DNA from: Candidatus Micrarchaeota archaeon
GTDB taxonomy: Archaea > Micrarchaeota > Micrarchaeia > Anstonellales > Bilamarchaeaceae
Length of the DNA stretch: 64,000 bases
NCBI GenBank assembly: GCA_032123335.1
Contig: JAQBFN010000001.1
Location: forward strand, 1,244-65,243
Reading direction: 5' to 3'
The position numbers and the translations under genes are program-made. A model generated the notes under the pieces. It worked only from the letters and a program-made list of their open reading frames with translations. It was not told the origin of the DNA and searched no databases. Positions within the stretch are counted from its first letter, which is position 1. Each line of letters begins with the position of its first letter. Below are positions 1 through 8,809 of the stretch, piece by piece.

Positions 1-487
1 CTTCCGCAATCGTCTTTCCGTCCAGCGGCCCGCCAATCTGCCTTTCAACCATCTCAATCTGGGAGAAGCGCGGATCAAGAAGAAGAGTAATGACGGGGTG
101 CATCACCATGCTCGCGAGCTCGCGCGCAAGGGTCCACTCCGGGAGCAACGGCTCAACCTCCAAACGCTCCATCAATTTGGAGTACTTGGGCTCGGAGGCG
201 CGGCATACCACACGCTTCGCGTTTGCGTGCTTTGCATAAAGCGAAACAAGGAAATTTGCTTCTTCGTTCCCGGTAACTGCAAATACGAAATCTGCTTCAT
301 TGAGCCTAAGGCCATCGAGAAGCGCAGGGTCGGTAGTGTCCCCATGTATTACGTTAAAATCGGATTCGCTTGCAAGGCGGTCGCAGACCTCCTTGCTCTG
401 GTCAACTACAGACAGATCGTGCTTCTTCTCCAAAAATTTTGCAAGGTTGGTTCCAACTCTTCCAGCGCCAAATATCAAGACCCTCAT
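1..487 (-). CDS. trkA: K+ uptake NAD-binding subunit TrkA (N-terminal part; gene runs off the window start)
   Basis: Absent from the ORF track because it is open at the window edge. Minus-strand ATG at 485-487, with GAGGAG about 7 nt upstream inside the last trkH codons. Hand translation MRVLIFGAGRVGTNLAKFLEKKHDLSVVDQSKE... has the GxGxxG Rossmann/TrkA-N signature. Lies 2 nt downstream of the trkH stop. Confidence 0.8.
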   Translation of the reverse strand, partial: MRVLIFGAGRVGTNLAKFLEKKHDLSVVDQSKEVCDRLASESDFNVIHGDTTDPALLDGLRLNEADFVFAVTGNEEANFLVSLYAKHANAKRVVCRASEPKYSKLMERLEVEPLLPEWTLARELASMVMHPVITLLLDPRFSQIEMVERQIGGPLDGKTIAE

Positions 488-489
488 GT

Positions 490-1941
490 TTATCTCCTCA
501 GTATGTAACGGATAAGTGCGAGACTAGGAAAAATCTCTATACGACCTAAATACATCAAAGCAATTAAAAATATCTTCGTTCCCTGGGCCATTTCAGGAAT
601 CGGGATTATTGCGAGCCCAACATTGCCCATTGCAGAGGCAATCATGAACATGGAATCCTCAATTTCAAAATCTATTGCCATGAGGACCCCGCACCCGAAA
701 AGGAACAGAAGCACGTATGCAAAAATGAATGTGGAGCTTTCAACTATGAACTCCTCGCTTATCGGATTCCCGTTGATTTTTACAATTTGTATGGAGCCTG
801 CGGGAAGGAACGCGGATTTTATGTTGCGCATTATAGATTTGAGGACCACGAGAATTCTCCACAATTTAATTCCGCCCGTGGTTGAACCCATCATTCCCCC
901 CGTGAGCATGAGCAGTATGATTATGTAGGTGGGGAAAGCGCTCATTATGGAGAGGTCCCCGATTGCAAACCCTCCACATGCAATTGCGGAAACCGAGTTA
1001 AGGAAGGTATTGAATATTCCTTCGTGGCCGACTACATAGATAAGGCCGACTGCCGCAACCGTAATGAAGATATAAAGGGCAAGCTCCTCATCAAAAAACG
1101 CTTCCTTGAATTTTCGGGCAAGCAGATTGCGGTAAAAGATGAAGCTGGTTGCGCCCCCGAACATCAGGCCCGCAAGCACAAGCTTCTGGGAATCATTGAA
1201 ATCATAGGAGTCAAATGGGAAAAACCCTCCATTGGAAACTCCTGCAAGGGTAAGGTTTACGGAATTGAGTGGATCGAACCCGACTGCATAAAGGAGGGCG
1301 ATTCCAATAAGGGTGAGGAGGAGGTAAATCCCCCAGATGTTTCCCGCGGTCTTGCTGATTCCCACATCAGTTGCGGTGCGCCCTTCTGCCTTGAGGAAAT
1401 GCTTGGCTTCGCGGCCCTTCATTACAGTAAGCATCAAAATGACGATTCCAAGGCCCCCTATCCATTGAGTTACGCTCCTGTACAGGATTATGCTTGGGGG
1501 GAGCCCGTTCAGGGTTGGGATGGCGGAAAGCCCGGTAGAAGTCCATCCGGAAATGGATTCAAAATATGCATCGACCGGCTCAAAAGTATAAGCAATGTAA
1601 GGGATTGCAGAAATTGCGGGGATGATAAGCCATGCGGCGGAAACAAGGGCAAGAATCTGCCCGAGGGTGAGCTCCGCAACCTCCTCGCGCATTTTGTCCA
1701 GGTCCAGAAGATTAGCATAGTTGAATGGGGTATCGGGCTTGAAAATGGAAATAACGAAATTCTTTATGTTCTGGAAAATGTGCTTGAGAATCTGTGGGAC
1801 CGCAGGAAGGGCCATCAACAGGATTGTGAAGGCAAGGGTTGCCCAAGCACCATCCTCAAGGTAGATACTGTAGCCTAGGGGTATAAGGAGCGGCAGGGAT
1901 GCGTAAAACATCAAAACTGCAAGTCGCTTGAAAAACAGCAT
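490..1941 (-). CDS. trkH: K+ transporter membrane subunit TrkH/KtrB family
   Basis: 483-aa polytopic membrane ORF. Four Gly-containing pore-loop-like segments (GWTSTGLS, SNGGFFP, ACGGFA, GNVGLA) fit the fourfold MPM architecture of Trk/Ktr translocators. trkA follows immediately. Confidence 0.85.
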   Translation of the reverse strand: MLFFKRLAVLMFYASLPLLIPLGYSIYLEDGAWATLAFTILLMALPAVPQILKHIFQNIKNFVISIFKPDTPFNYANLLDLDKMREEVAELTLGQILALVSAAWLIIPAISAIPYIAYTFEPVDAYFESISGWTSTGLSAIPTLNGLPPSIILYRSVTQWIGGLGIVILMLTVMKGREAKHFLKAEGRTATDVGISKTAGNIWGIYLLLTLIGIALLYAVGFDPLNSVNLTLAGVSNGGFFPFDSYDFNDSQKLVLAGLMFGGATSFIFYRNLLARKFKEAFFDEELALYIFITVAAVGLIYVVGHEGIFNTFLNSVSAIACGGFAIGDLSIMSAFPTYIIILLMLTGGMMGSTTGGIKLWRILVVLKSIMRNIKSAFLPAGSIQIVKINGNPISEEFIVESSTFIFAYVLLFLFGCGVLMAIDFEIEDSMFMIASAMGNVGLAIIPIPEMAQGTKIFLIALMYLGRIEIFPSLALIRYILRR

Positions 1942-1983
1942 TGGAATTCACTATCCTTAAATCTTTATATTCTTAACTTTAAT

Positions 1984-3174
1984 TCAGCTTTTGAAAAAAG
2001 AGGAGAGTTTCGAGAGCAATCCTCCCTTCTCCCCTTTGTTTTCTGCTTTTTGCACTGGTTCCTTCTCTGGTTTGGAATGCAGGAATTCAAGGCGTGAATT
2101 TGCCTCTTTTAGTTCCGCTTCCAGCGAATCTTTTGAGTATTCTGAGAGGGAGGATCTCTTTTCTTCAAGTTCCTTCTTCCTTTCGTATTCTGATTTGCAG
2201 GAAGGGTTTTCCTTCTGCAGGAGCTTTATCTGCTCAATAAGGGGCTGGGCGCCTTCAACCCTTCCCGCATAGAAATCCAACCTCCGTTCATTCCCGCCAT
2301 CCACAGCCAGGAAACCGGATTGCTCAATATTGTGCAACCCATCAAACAATTTTTTGTTGCCCAGCACCACTTTTTTGAATTTGGAGGTTTCGGGGCAGAT
2401 ATGCGAAAGCTTCTTTTCACTGAATGTGAGCAGCTCGCAGATTTGGCCCACCCCATATTTTCCAATTGCGGGGTACGCTGAAAAGAAGCTCTTTAGCTCT
2501 TCCATTTCCGCATCTGCAGGAAAAATAGGGAGGTGTTCTTTTAGGGAATCCGAATCCTTAAGCAACGCAGCTATCGGCTCGGAGATTAGGGAATGCAGGT
2601 AGGCTACCCGGAGTTTTTCCAGCTTCGCCATTTTTTCCATGAGCTCCTCGTGCTTGCGGGCCTTTTCCAGGTCCACGCTCTGGGCTTCAAGCCAGGACAG
2701 TTCCTTGAGCAATTGCTTTATGCGGTATTGCTCTTTCTTGAGTGCCTTGCTTTCAGCCTCGAGTTCCTCCCTGGATTCGTCATATTTCCTGCTTAGCTCA
2801 ATAATTTCCTGGAACTGCTCGAATTCCCTTTTTGCAAGGGGAATTTTGTTATCCTTGATTCGCTTTGTAACTGAGAGTAGGCCTCTTCCGAATTCCTTTG
2901 TGATGTTGCCCCTGTCAAATTCTATCACAACTGCCTCTTCAAAATATTTCAGCCTTTTTGCAAGCTTGATACTGTATTTTACGATTTTTATTTTTGCATG
3001 CAGGACCTGGTTGGAGGGGATTTTCTCCCTTTCCTGGGTTGCTTCTATCTCCTGGATTAATTCGGCTAATTCCCGGGAGAGTTCCACACTCTTCTGGAAG
3101 TGCTTTTTCCCAATCTCTCCTATTCTTTCTTCCAGGGCGTAATGCTTTTCTTTAAGCCGTGCTAATTTTTCCAT
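1984..3174 (-). CDS. hypothetical coiled-coil protein
   Basis: 396-aa ORF, K/E/L-rich and heptad-like over about 250 aa, with a non-repetitive C-terminal region. Same strand as trkH and 42 nt upstream of it. No family recognised. Confidence 0.55.
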   Translation of the reverse strand: MEKLARLKEKHYALEERIGEIGKKHFQKSVELSRELAELIQEIEATQEREKIPSNQVLHAKIKIVKYSIKLAKRLKYFEEAVVIEFDRGNITKEFGRGLLSVTKRIKDNKIPLAKREFEQFQEIIELSRKYDESREELEAESKALKKEQYRIKQLLKELSWLEAQSVDLEKARKHEELMEKMAKLEKLRVAYLHSLISEPIAALLKDSDSLKEHLPIFPADAEMEELKSFFSAYPAIGKYGVGQICELLTFSEKKLSHICPETSKFKKVVLGNKKLFDGLHNIEQSGFLAVDGGNERRLDFYAGRVEGAQPLIEQIKLLQKENPSCKSEYERKKELEEKRSSLSEYSKDSLEAELKEANSRLEFLHSKPEKEPVQKAENKGEKGGLLSKLSSFFKS

Positions 3175-3227
3175 AATATCATCGATTCAGAACGTGTAAG
3201 GAATTATATCATCGGGGATTTATATTC

Positions 3228-3761
3228 CTAACTTTTTTCAGGGGACCAGCCCCTGCATTCTATAGAGATTGCAAGCATGCGCGCCCGCTCGAATACGAAA
3301 TTCAGGAGAGGCATTATTACTGCCCAGGGGGAGCGGGAGCCGCGGGACTGCTGGGCAATGTTTACAAACTGGACTTTTCTTCCGAGAACGTGCGCATACG
3401 GGATGGTTATGGAAAACATGAAGGAGAAATCCCTCGGGACCCCAACGGATTCCAGGGTTTCCATTACGTCCTGCATTGAGCTGTAGGAGAAGTACGTGTA
3501 TACTGGAAGCAGGATTGTGATAGCGCGAAGGGATGTGAGGATGGAGTGCTCGATTCCAAGTCCAAGAATCAATGAAGTAATTCCAAGCGTTATGGAGAAG
3601 AATACTGTTGCGACCAGGGCAGTAAGGATGCTTACGCGGTGGTAGGCTGCCCAGATAAGGAGTATTATGAAAGCTGCTGGAGCATACTCTATAGGAGTAA
3701 GGATTGCTGCAATCAGGAGAATAAGGGCGGCAATCAGCCCTGCTTTGCCTTTAAGCCCCAT
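3228..3761 (-). CDS. ECF/cobalt-type transporter transmembrane (T) component, short form (CbiQ/EcfT-like)
   Basis: 177-aa membrane ORF. Two Ala/x-Arg-Gly coupling-helix-like motifs (IAQQSRG, IECRGW). Overlaps the end of the adjacent ABC ATPase gene. Confidence 0.55.
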   Translation of the reverse strand: MGLKGKAGLIAALILLIAAILTPIEYAPAAFIILLIWAAYHRVSILTALVATVFFSITLGITSLILGLGIEHSILTSLRAITILLPVYTYFSYSSMQDVMETLESVGVPRDFSFMFSITIPYAHVLGRKVQFVNIAQQSRGSRSPWAVIMPLLNFVFERARMLAISIECRGWSPEKS

Positions 3762-4462
3762 GGTATCTTCACCCCTGCTTCCTTTACTGCAGGAAGCGAG
3801 AAAACGTCCTCATCCCCAAAAGCCTTCTGGTTCCCGTGGTCAAGGATCAGGAACTTGTCTGCAAATGAAACAAGTGAATCAGTATCATGCTCAACAATCA
3901 CTATTGTTTTGCCGGATTCGCGCAATTCCCCAAGAGTTTTGTAGACTTCAAGAGTGGTGCGGTGGTCCAGGCTGGAGGTGGGCTCATCCAGGAGGATTAC
4001 TTCGGGCTCCATTGCGAGAACCGAGGCGATTGCAAGCTTCTGCCTCTGCCCGTGGGAAAGCTCGAACGGGTCATCATCCTTGCGGTTCCAGAGCCCCACC
4101 TGGTTTAGTGCGTTTTCCACTTTTTCTTCGAGCACGCCTCCGGAGAAACCGTGGTTCTTGAGCCCGAAGCGCACCTCATCGTAAACAGTTTTTGAGAAGA
4201 TTTGGTCATTGGGGTCCTGGAAAACGATTCCAACATCCCTGCGGAGCTTGTTTTTTTCCATTCCGTTGATTTGAAGCTTTCCTGTGGTTTTTCCTCTTTT
4301 GAGATGGGGGATGATGCCCTTCATGCAATAGAGGAGGGAGGTTTTTCCTGAGCCCATGCTTCCGGAAATTCCGAGTGCTTCTCCCTTGCCCAGGGCAAAA
4401 TCTATTTCCCTGAGCACCTGCCTTTCTTTTATTTTGAGTGAAAACTTCTCCAGGGAAATCAT
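3734..4462 (-). CDS. ECF/ABC transporter ATP-binding protein (CbiO/EcfA-like)
   Basis: Walker A GSMGSGKTS, ABC signature LSHGQRQ, Walker B ILLDEPTS, H-loop IVIVEHD. 242 aa. Confidence 0.85.
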   Translation of the reverse strand: MISLEKFSLKIKERQVLREIDFALGKGEALGISGSMGSGKTSLLYCMKGIIPHLKRGKTTGKLQINGMEKNKLRRDVGIVFQDPNDQIFSKTVYDEVRFGLKNHGFSGGVLEEKVENALNQVGLWNRKDDDPFELSHGQRQKLAIASVLAMEPEVILLDEPTSSLDHRTTLEVYKTLGELRESGKTIVIVEHDTDSLVSFADKFLILDHGNQKAFGDEDVFSLPAVKEAGVKIPWGLKAKQG

Positions 4463-5211
4463 TCAGAGTACCTCTTCACGAGCCCGAAGTGGTATGCGGG
4501 AATCCAGGCAAATGCGAATTCAACTATTGACTGGACCACGTTCCAGAAGAATATTACGAACCAGCCCATTCCGCTTCCAAGAACCGGGAGGAATAGCGCA
4601 TCCAGGGCACCTATGAATTCCCCCGGGGTTATATGGAAGAACACCGGACCTGCGAAATAGAGGTTAGAGAAAGTCATTATGAGGCTTCTTGCAAATGCTG
4701 CGATTATCAAAGCAACCAGGGCGAGCTTTGCATTGGAAAGGTCTACCCTGCCGCCCTTCTTGGCCATCCAGTACCCTGCTGCAACTATGATTAGAAGGGG
4801 GAATATTCCTGCAAGCATCTCAAGGCCGGGCATCTGCGCAAGCTCTGTGGAAACCGCAAATATTGCGAGCACTCCAACGATTACTGCAGCCCCGCCTATA
4901 AGATCCTTGTAGATTTTCTTTTCCTTTGCAATAAAATAGGGGACAACAATCATGGGGATTGTTGCGGCCATCTTCATTAGCGCGCCTACGTACCCTGTTG
5001 GGGAAGTTGTAAGGATCATAAGTGCAAGGAGAGCAAGCACCATCATTGCATATTCTGCGCCTAAAACGAACAGTGCAATAAGCACCGGAACCGCGGCAAA
5101 GTCAATTGTCATCCCGAATCCTGTCGGGATTCCAAGCACCCCATTGGAGATCTGGAGTACGAATGCAAGAGCCGCCAGCAGGGCGGAAGCAATAAGCCGG
5201 TATGTTTTCAT
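4459..5211 (-). CDS. integral membrane protein, putative substrate-capture (S) component of the ECF module
   Basis: 250-aa hydrophobic ORF with several TM helices. 4-nt overlap with the ATPase gene start. Assigned by operon context only. Confidence 0.45.
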   Translation of the reverse strand: MKTYRLIASALLAALAFVLQISNGVLGIPTGFGMTIDFAAVPVLIALFVLGAEYAMMVLALLALMILTTSPTGYVGALMKMAATIPMIVVPYFIAKEKKIYKDLIGGAAVIVGVLAIFAVSTELAQMPGLEMLAGIFPLLIIVAAGYWMAKKGGRVDLSNAKLALVALIIAAFARSLIMTFSNLYFAGPVFFHITPGEFIGALDALFLPVLGSGMGWFVIFFWNVVQSIVEFAFAWIPAYHFGLVKRYSE

Positions 5212-5313
5212 GGAGGATAGATTTGCTCAGGAAAGTTTTAAATATACCTACAAATTTTTTTGTTGGAAGGGAAAAACAAAATATGTAAATAGGTTGGGTT
5301 CAATAGTTGGAGT

Positions 5314-6099
5314 ATGGATGGGAGGATTTTGCTTGCAGTTGTTGCTGTTTTTTCATTGGTTCTTGCAGGGTGCACCATGCCCTGGGAAGAGGAAACCGGC
5401 TCGGTTGATATTGATGGGGCTGGGGAAGTGGAAGAGTATAAGCCACCAATAAGGCAGGTGGACAAATCCGTGGCGATTGTGGATGAGTCTGCAAAAGAGC
5501 CTATGGATGAGGAGGAGCCTGAGCCTGAAGAAACGCCTGAAGATGAAGAGGGCGAGGTTGAGGAAACCAACGAAACTGTGAGCATGCTGGTGGAGTTCCA
5601 GCCCCCAGAAGTGCTGCTGGACTGCAATGGGGACTGCACCAGGTACAGGGTTTATGATGAAGAGAATGGCGTGGTTATTGCTGCAATCAACCAGAGCAGG
5701 CTGATTATGGCAAAAGAAAAGGAATACTTTAACCTTTACCCGCTTGGGTGCGCAGAATCAGATGGGCTTGTGGACCGGTTTGAGATTAATGGAAGTGAAT
5801 ATTGGTTTAATTATCCTGCTGCGTTCAAGCGGGATTGGGCAGATTATGCGGAATTTAACGGAAACATTACTGGATTCTCTTTGCACGAAGGGGAAATGAA
5901 GAAGTTTAATGGGGAGAGGGTTTTCCTCTGGAAGATTGTTCCCGGGCCTTCCCTATGTGATGCCTGGGTAGAAGTTTCCATTTTTGAAGAGATTATAGTG
6001 CTGGAGGAATGGATGGATGGGGTAGTGCTTGGACTGGAAGAGGAAGAAGGGGAAGTGAAATTAAACTACCTTATGTACCCCGAAGGGACAATTGATTAG
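5314..6099 (+). CDS. secreted/lipobox protein with acidic linker, unknown function
   Basis: N-terminus MDGRILLAVVAVFSLVLAGC is a signal peptide ending in a lipobox-like LAGC. Followed by an E/P-rich acidic stretch and a roughly 170-aa globular part. Confidence 0.6.
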   Translation: MDGRILLAVVAVFSLVLAGCTMPWEEETGSVDIDGAGEVEEYKPPIRQVDKSVAIVDESAKEPMDEEEPEPEETPEDEEGEVEETNETVSMLVEFQPPEVLLDCNGDCTRYRVYDEENGVVIAAINQSRLIMAKEKEYFNLYPLGCAESDGLVDRFEINGSEYWFNYPAAFKRDWADYAEFNGNITGFSLHEGEMKKFNGERVFLWKIVPGPSLCDAWVEVSIFEEIIVLEEWMDGVVLGLEEEEGEVKLNYLMYPEGTID

Positions 6100-7052
6100 A
6101 GTGAATCTATTCTCTGGAAAGGTTCGGGTTCCCATTTTTCTATTGGCTTAGTTCCTTTCTTTTTGTAAAAAAGCTCGCCTGCATATGCAATCATTGCACC
6201 ATTGTCCCGGTTATATTCATCCGGGGAAACCCCGAATTTAACATTGTCTTCTTTTGCCAGGGTTTTGAGCATGGACTGGAGGCGCTTGTTTTGCGCAACG
6301 CCTCCGCACAAAAGGATGCTTTTCCTGCGCGTAAGGAACAGGGCGCGCTCCAGGGCTTCGCAGCACATTGAGAAGGAGGTTTCAAGAAGGGAGTAAGAAA
6401 CGTCTTTTGCGGAATGGGTTTGGAGGGCGCGGATTGCTGCAGTTTGCAATCCTGTGAAGGAAAGGTTCATTCCTTTTACTGTGTAGGGAAGCTCCAGGTA
6501 CTTGCCTCCCTTTGCGAGCTTTTCCAGTGTGGAGCCATGCGCATACTCCAGGTTGGTTGCGCGGGCAAAGCTGTCGAAAAGGTTCCCGATTCCAATATCT
6601 AAAGTTTCCCCGAGTACATGGAACTTTCCTTTTTCCTCCATGAGGATTTGGGTATTGCCTCCGGAAACGTATAGGATTAAGGGGTTGTGCAACCCGGTGA
6701 GGGATTCTGCAATTTTTACGTGTGCATAAGGATGGTTTACCCCAATTAGTGGTTTTGAGTATTTGAGTGCAAGGGATTTTGCAGCAACGCACCCTACGGA
6801 AAGGGGGGCCCCTATTCCCGGGCCCTGGGCAAAGGAGAATAGATCCACAGCATCCAGGGAAATCCGTGCTTTAGAAAGTGACTCTTTGAGAATGTGGGGG
6901 AGAACCTGCACATGGTGGTCTGCAGCCTTGCGGGGAATAATCCCTTCCCCTTTGGGCTTGTAGATATCGTGGGCATTTGAAAGAATCTTCCCGTTCCTGG
7001 AGATTCCGATTCCAAGCGTGTGCGCGGTGCTTTCTATCCCGAGGGTTAACAT
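6096..7052 (-). CDS. kae1: tRNA N6-adenosine threonylcarbamoyltransferase Kae1 (no Bud32 fusion)
   Basis: MLTLGIESTAHTLGIGI start, AADHH metal-binding motif, CGGVAQN near the C-terminus. 318 aa. Confidence 0.9.
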   Translation of the reverse strand: MLTLGIESTAHTLGIGISRNGKILSNAHDIYKPKGEGIIPRKAADHHVQVLPHILKESLSKARISLDAVDLFSFAQGPGIGAPLSVGCVAAKSLALKYSKPLIGVNHPYAHVKIAESLTGLHNPLILYVSGGNTQILMEEKGKFHVLGETLDIGIGNLFDSFARATNLEYAHGSTLEKLAKGGKYLELPYTVKGMNLSFTGLQTAAIRALQTHSAKDVSYSLLETSFSMCCEALERALFLTRRKSILLCGGVAQNKRLQSMLKTLAKEDNVKFGVSPDEYNRDNGAMIAYAGELFYKKKGTKPIEKWEPEPFQRIDSL

Positions 7053-7762
7053 CAGTACACCCAGATTATGAGCATTACTGAAAGGAGATTAAAAAGAACA
7101 TGGGCAACTATGCAGGGAAGCGGGTCCTTCAGCCGGCTGTACGCAAGCGCGAGAACGATTCCCAGGGCAAATGCGCCTGCAAGCTCTGCAATAGAGCCGT
7201 ATGCAACGTGTGTGAACGTAAAGAGGAGGGTTGAGGCAAGCACGCCTATGCGGGGCACAAGGAAGGCGCGAAAGAGGAGCTCTTCACTTAGGGGGCCCAG
7301 GGTAAATGCCAGTATGAGCAGGTAGATGGGGAGCCCGGAAACCACGGTTACTATCTGCTCCTGGTCAGAAAGCCCTGCAAAATGAAGAATTATGTTTACA
7401 GCAAGGGAAGCAAAAAGCATGAGCAGGAATATTGCAACCCCGTAGCCGAGGCGCTTGGGGATGCTTCCGCACCCCTTGATTAATGCCTTTCTTTGGGGCC
7501 ACAGGAAATAGAGTGAGAAGAATATGAAGCTCATATGCAGGTATAGCGTGGAGATGTGCTCAAATCCAAAGAGCAGTACATACACAACTGAGGAAAGCAC
7601 GAAGGCTGCTGCGGGGTTTTTCCCAAGAACCTTTAGAATTGCAATCGTAGGGAAAAACAGGAATGCAATCAAATGTAAAATAGAGATTGCGCCGCTAAAA
7701 TAAGAAGCAACAAGAAAGATAAATGAAGAAATAAACAGGGAGAGGAAAGTCTGCTTCCGCAT
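7052..7762 (-). CDS. CPBP family intramembrane glutamic endopeptidase (CAAX protease-like)
   Basis: Polytopic membrane ORF with the SEELLFRAF (EExxxR), FTFTHVAYG and HVLFNLL motifs. Confidence 0.8.
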   Translation of the reverse strand: MRKQTFLSLFISSFIFLVASYFSGAISILHLIAFLFFPTIAILKVLGKNPAAAFVLSSVVYVLLFGFEHISTLYLHMSFIFFSLYFLWPQRKALIKGCGSIPKRLGYGVAIFLLMLFASLAVNIILHFAGLSDQEQIVTVVSGLPIYLLILAFTLGPLSEELLFRAFLVPRIGVLASTLLFTFTHVAYGSIAELAGAFALGIVLALAYSRLKDPLPCIVAHVLFNLLSVMLIIWVY

Positions 7763-7924
7763 CTACTTCTTCTCGTAATAGCCGCACTTTCCGCAGGAAA
7801 GCCTGTTTTTGTGCTCAGCAAGCTTCACGCCTGGCCCGCACTTGGGACAGTGCTTTCCTTTCTTGTACGGCTTTGTGAGTATTCCTTCCCTTTTTGGTTT
7901 CTCTTTCCTTTTTTCTTTAGCCAT
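7763..7924 (-). CDS. rps27ae: 30S ribosomal protein S27ae (eS31)
   Basis: Too short for the ORF track. Hand translation [53 protein letters not shown] (53 aa) has a CxxC...CxxC zinc ribbon. Sits in the usual position next to S24e. Confidence 0.8.
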   Translation of the reverse strand: MAKEKRKEKPKREGILTKPYKKGKHCPKCGPGVKLAEHKNRLSCGKCGYYEKK

Positions 7925-7933
7925 CTAAAGCAC

Positions 7934-8353
7934 CTACTCCTCTTTCTTTTCTTCTTCAGGCTTTTCTTCAGCCTTGGGCTCTTCCTTTTTCTCTTCCTTT
8001 GGAGCTTCTTCCTTTTTCTCGGCAGGGGCTTCAGCAGGCTTTTCCTCGGCAGGCTTCGCTTCCTTCTTTTCTTCCTCTGCGAGGTTGTTCCTCTTGAGTA
8101 TGTAACCCTCTTCGATTGTCTTCATTTTCTCCGGTGATTTATAGATGTGGGCACGCACGGAAACCTGTTGCATCCCAAAACTGGACTCAACCTTCCTGAT
8201 GACCATGAGGTCGGGATTGCACCCGAGCTTCTGGACCACAATGTCCCTCATCTGCTGGATTGATGGGGTCGGCCCATCAAATGAGACAATAGCGTCAACT
8301 TCTGTTCTTTCCAATAGGCTGTTCTCTTTCTTTTCCTTAATCTCGAAATTCAT
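7934..8353 (-). CDS. rps24e: 30S ribosomal protein S24e with a roughly 45-aa Lys/Glu/Pro-rich C-terminal extension
   Basis: The N-terminal ~90 aa (MNFEIKEKKENSLLERTEVDAIVSFDGPTPS...) match the S24e pattern. Tail: AEEEKKEAKPAEEKPAEAPAEKKEEAPKEEKKEEPKAEEKPEEEKKEE. Confidence 0.85.
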   Translation of the reverse strand: MNFEIKEKKENSLLERTEVDAIVSFDGPTPSIQQMRDIVVQKLGCNPDLMVIRKVESSFGMQQVSVRAHIYKSPEKMKTIEEGYILKRNNLAEEEKKEAKPAEEKPAEAPAEKKEEAPKEEKKEEPKAEEKPEEEKKEE

Positions 8354-8358
8354 TCAGT

Positions 8359-8751
8359 TCACCTTTTCCTGAGGATAACTCTCTTTCCCATGGCTTCCAT
8401 CATCTCGACTTCATCGCCTGCGATGACCTGGCCCTGGAGTTCCTCGGGTATTGCAATGTCAATTGTTTCATATGTCTGCGGGTCCATTATCTGGGCACTG
8501 TTGCCCGAAACGGAAAGGACCTGTGCGTTCTTCCTGTCGATTATGGGGACTTCAATATCCGAACCAGTAGTTGTGAGGAGGTTCCTCTTCTGGCCTGAGA
8601 AGATGTCCACTGCCACTATGCGGAGCTTTGCAGCCCCGTGCTTACCTGGCTTGGACTTGTCCATGCTTACCACCCTGCAAGGGGTGTCCTCTATCAGGAC
8701 GTACTTGCCTACTTTCAAGTCCTTAGCTGATGCAAATATTTTCTCGCTCAT
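8359..8751 (-). CDS. eif5a: translation initiation factor 5A (aIF5A)
   Basis: Hypusination-site motif SKPGKHGAAK. 130 aa, SH3-like plus OB pattern. Confidence 0.9.
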   Translation of the reverse strand: MSEKIFASAKDLKVGKYVLIEDTPCRVVSMDKSKPGKHGAAKLRIVAVDIFSGQKRNLLTTTGSDIEVPIIDRKNAQVLSVSGNSAQIMDPQTYETIDIAIPEELQGQVIAGDEVEMMEAMGKRVILRKR

Positions 8752-8809
8752 AATTTCACCGAAGAAAACTCTATACGTTTTATAACATTACTCTTTTTAA
8801 ATGTTAAAC

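Noticed and set aside
98-515. Plus-strand ORFs 98..508 (136 aa, starts MHHH) and 300..515
   Set aside because: They are antisense to a clean TrkA N-terminal reading frame (GxGxxG motif, SD + ATG at 485-487, operon with trkH). Their composition looks like mirror-frame noise.
1024-1878. 284-aa plus-strand ORF opposite trkH
   Set aside because: It lies entirely inside the trkH gene on the other strand. It has no motifs and a charged/Gly/Cys-rich composition typical of antisense frames of membrane genes.
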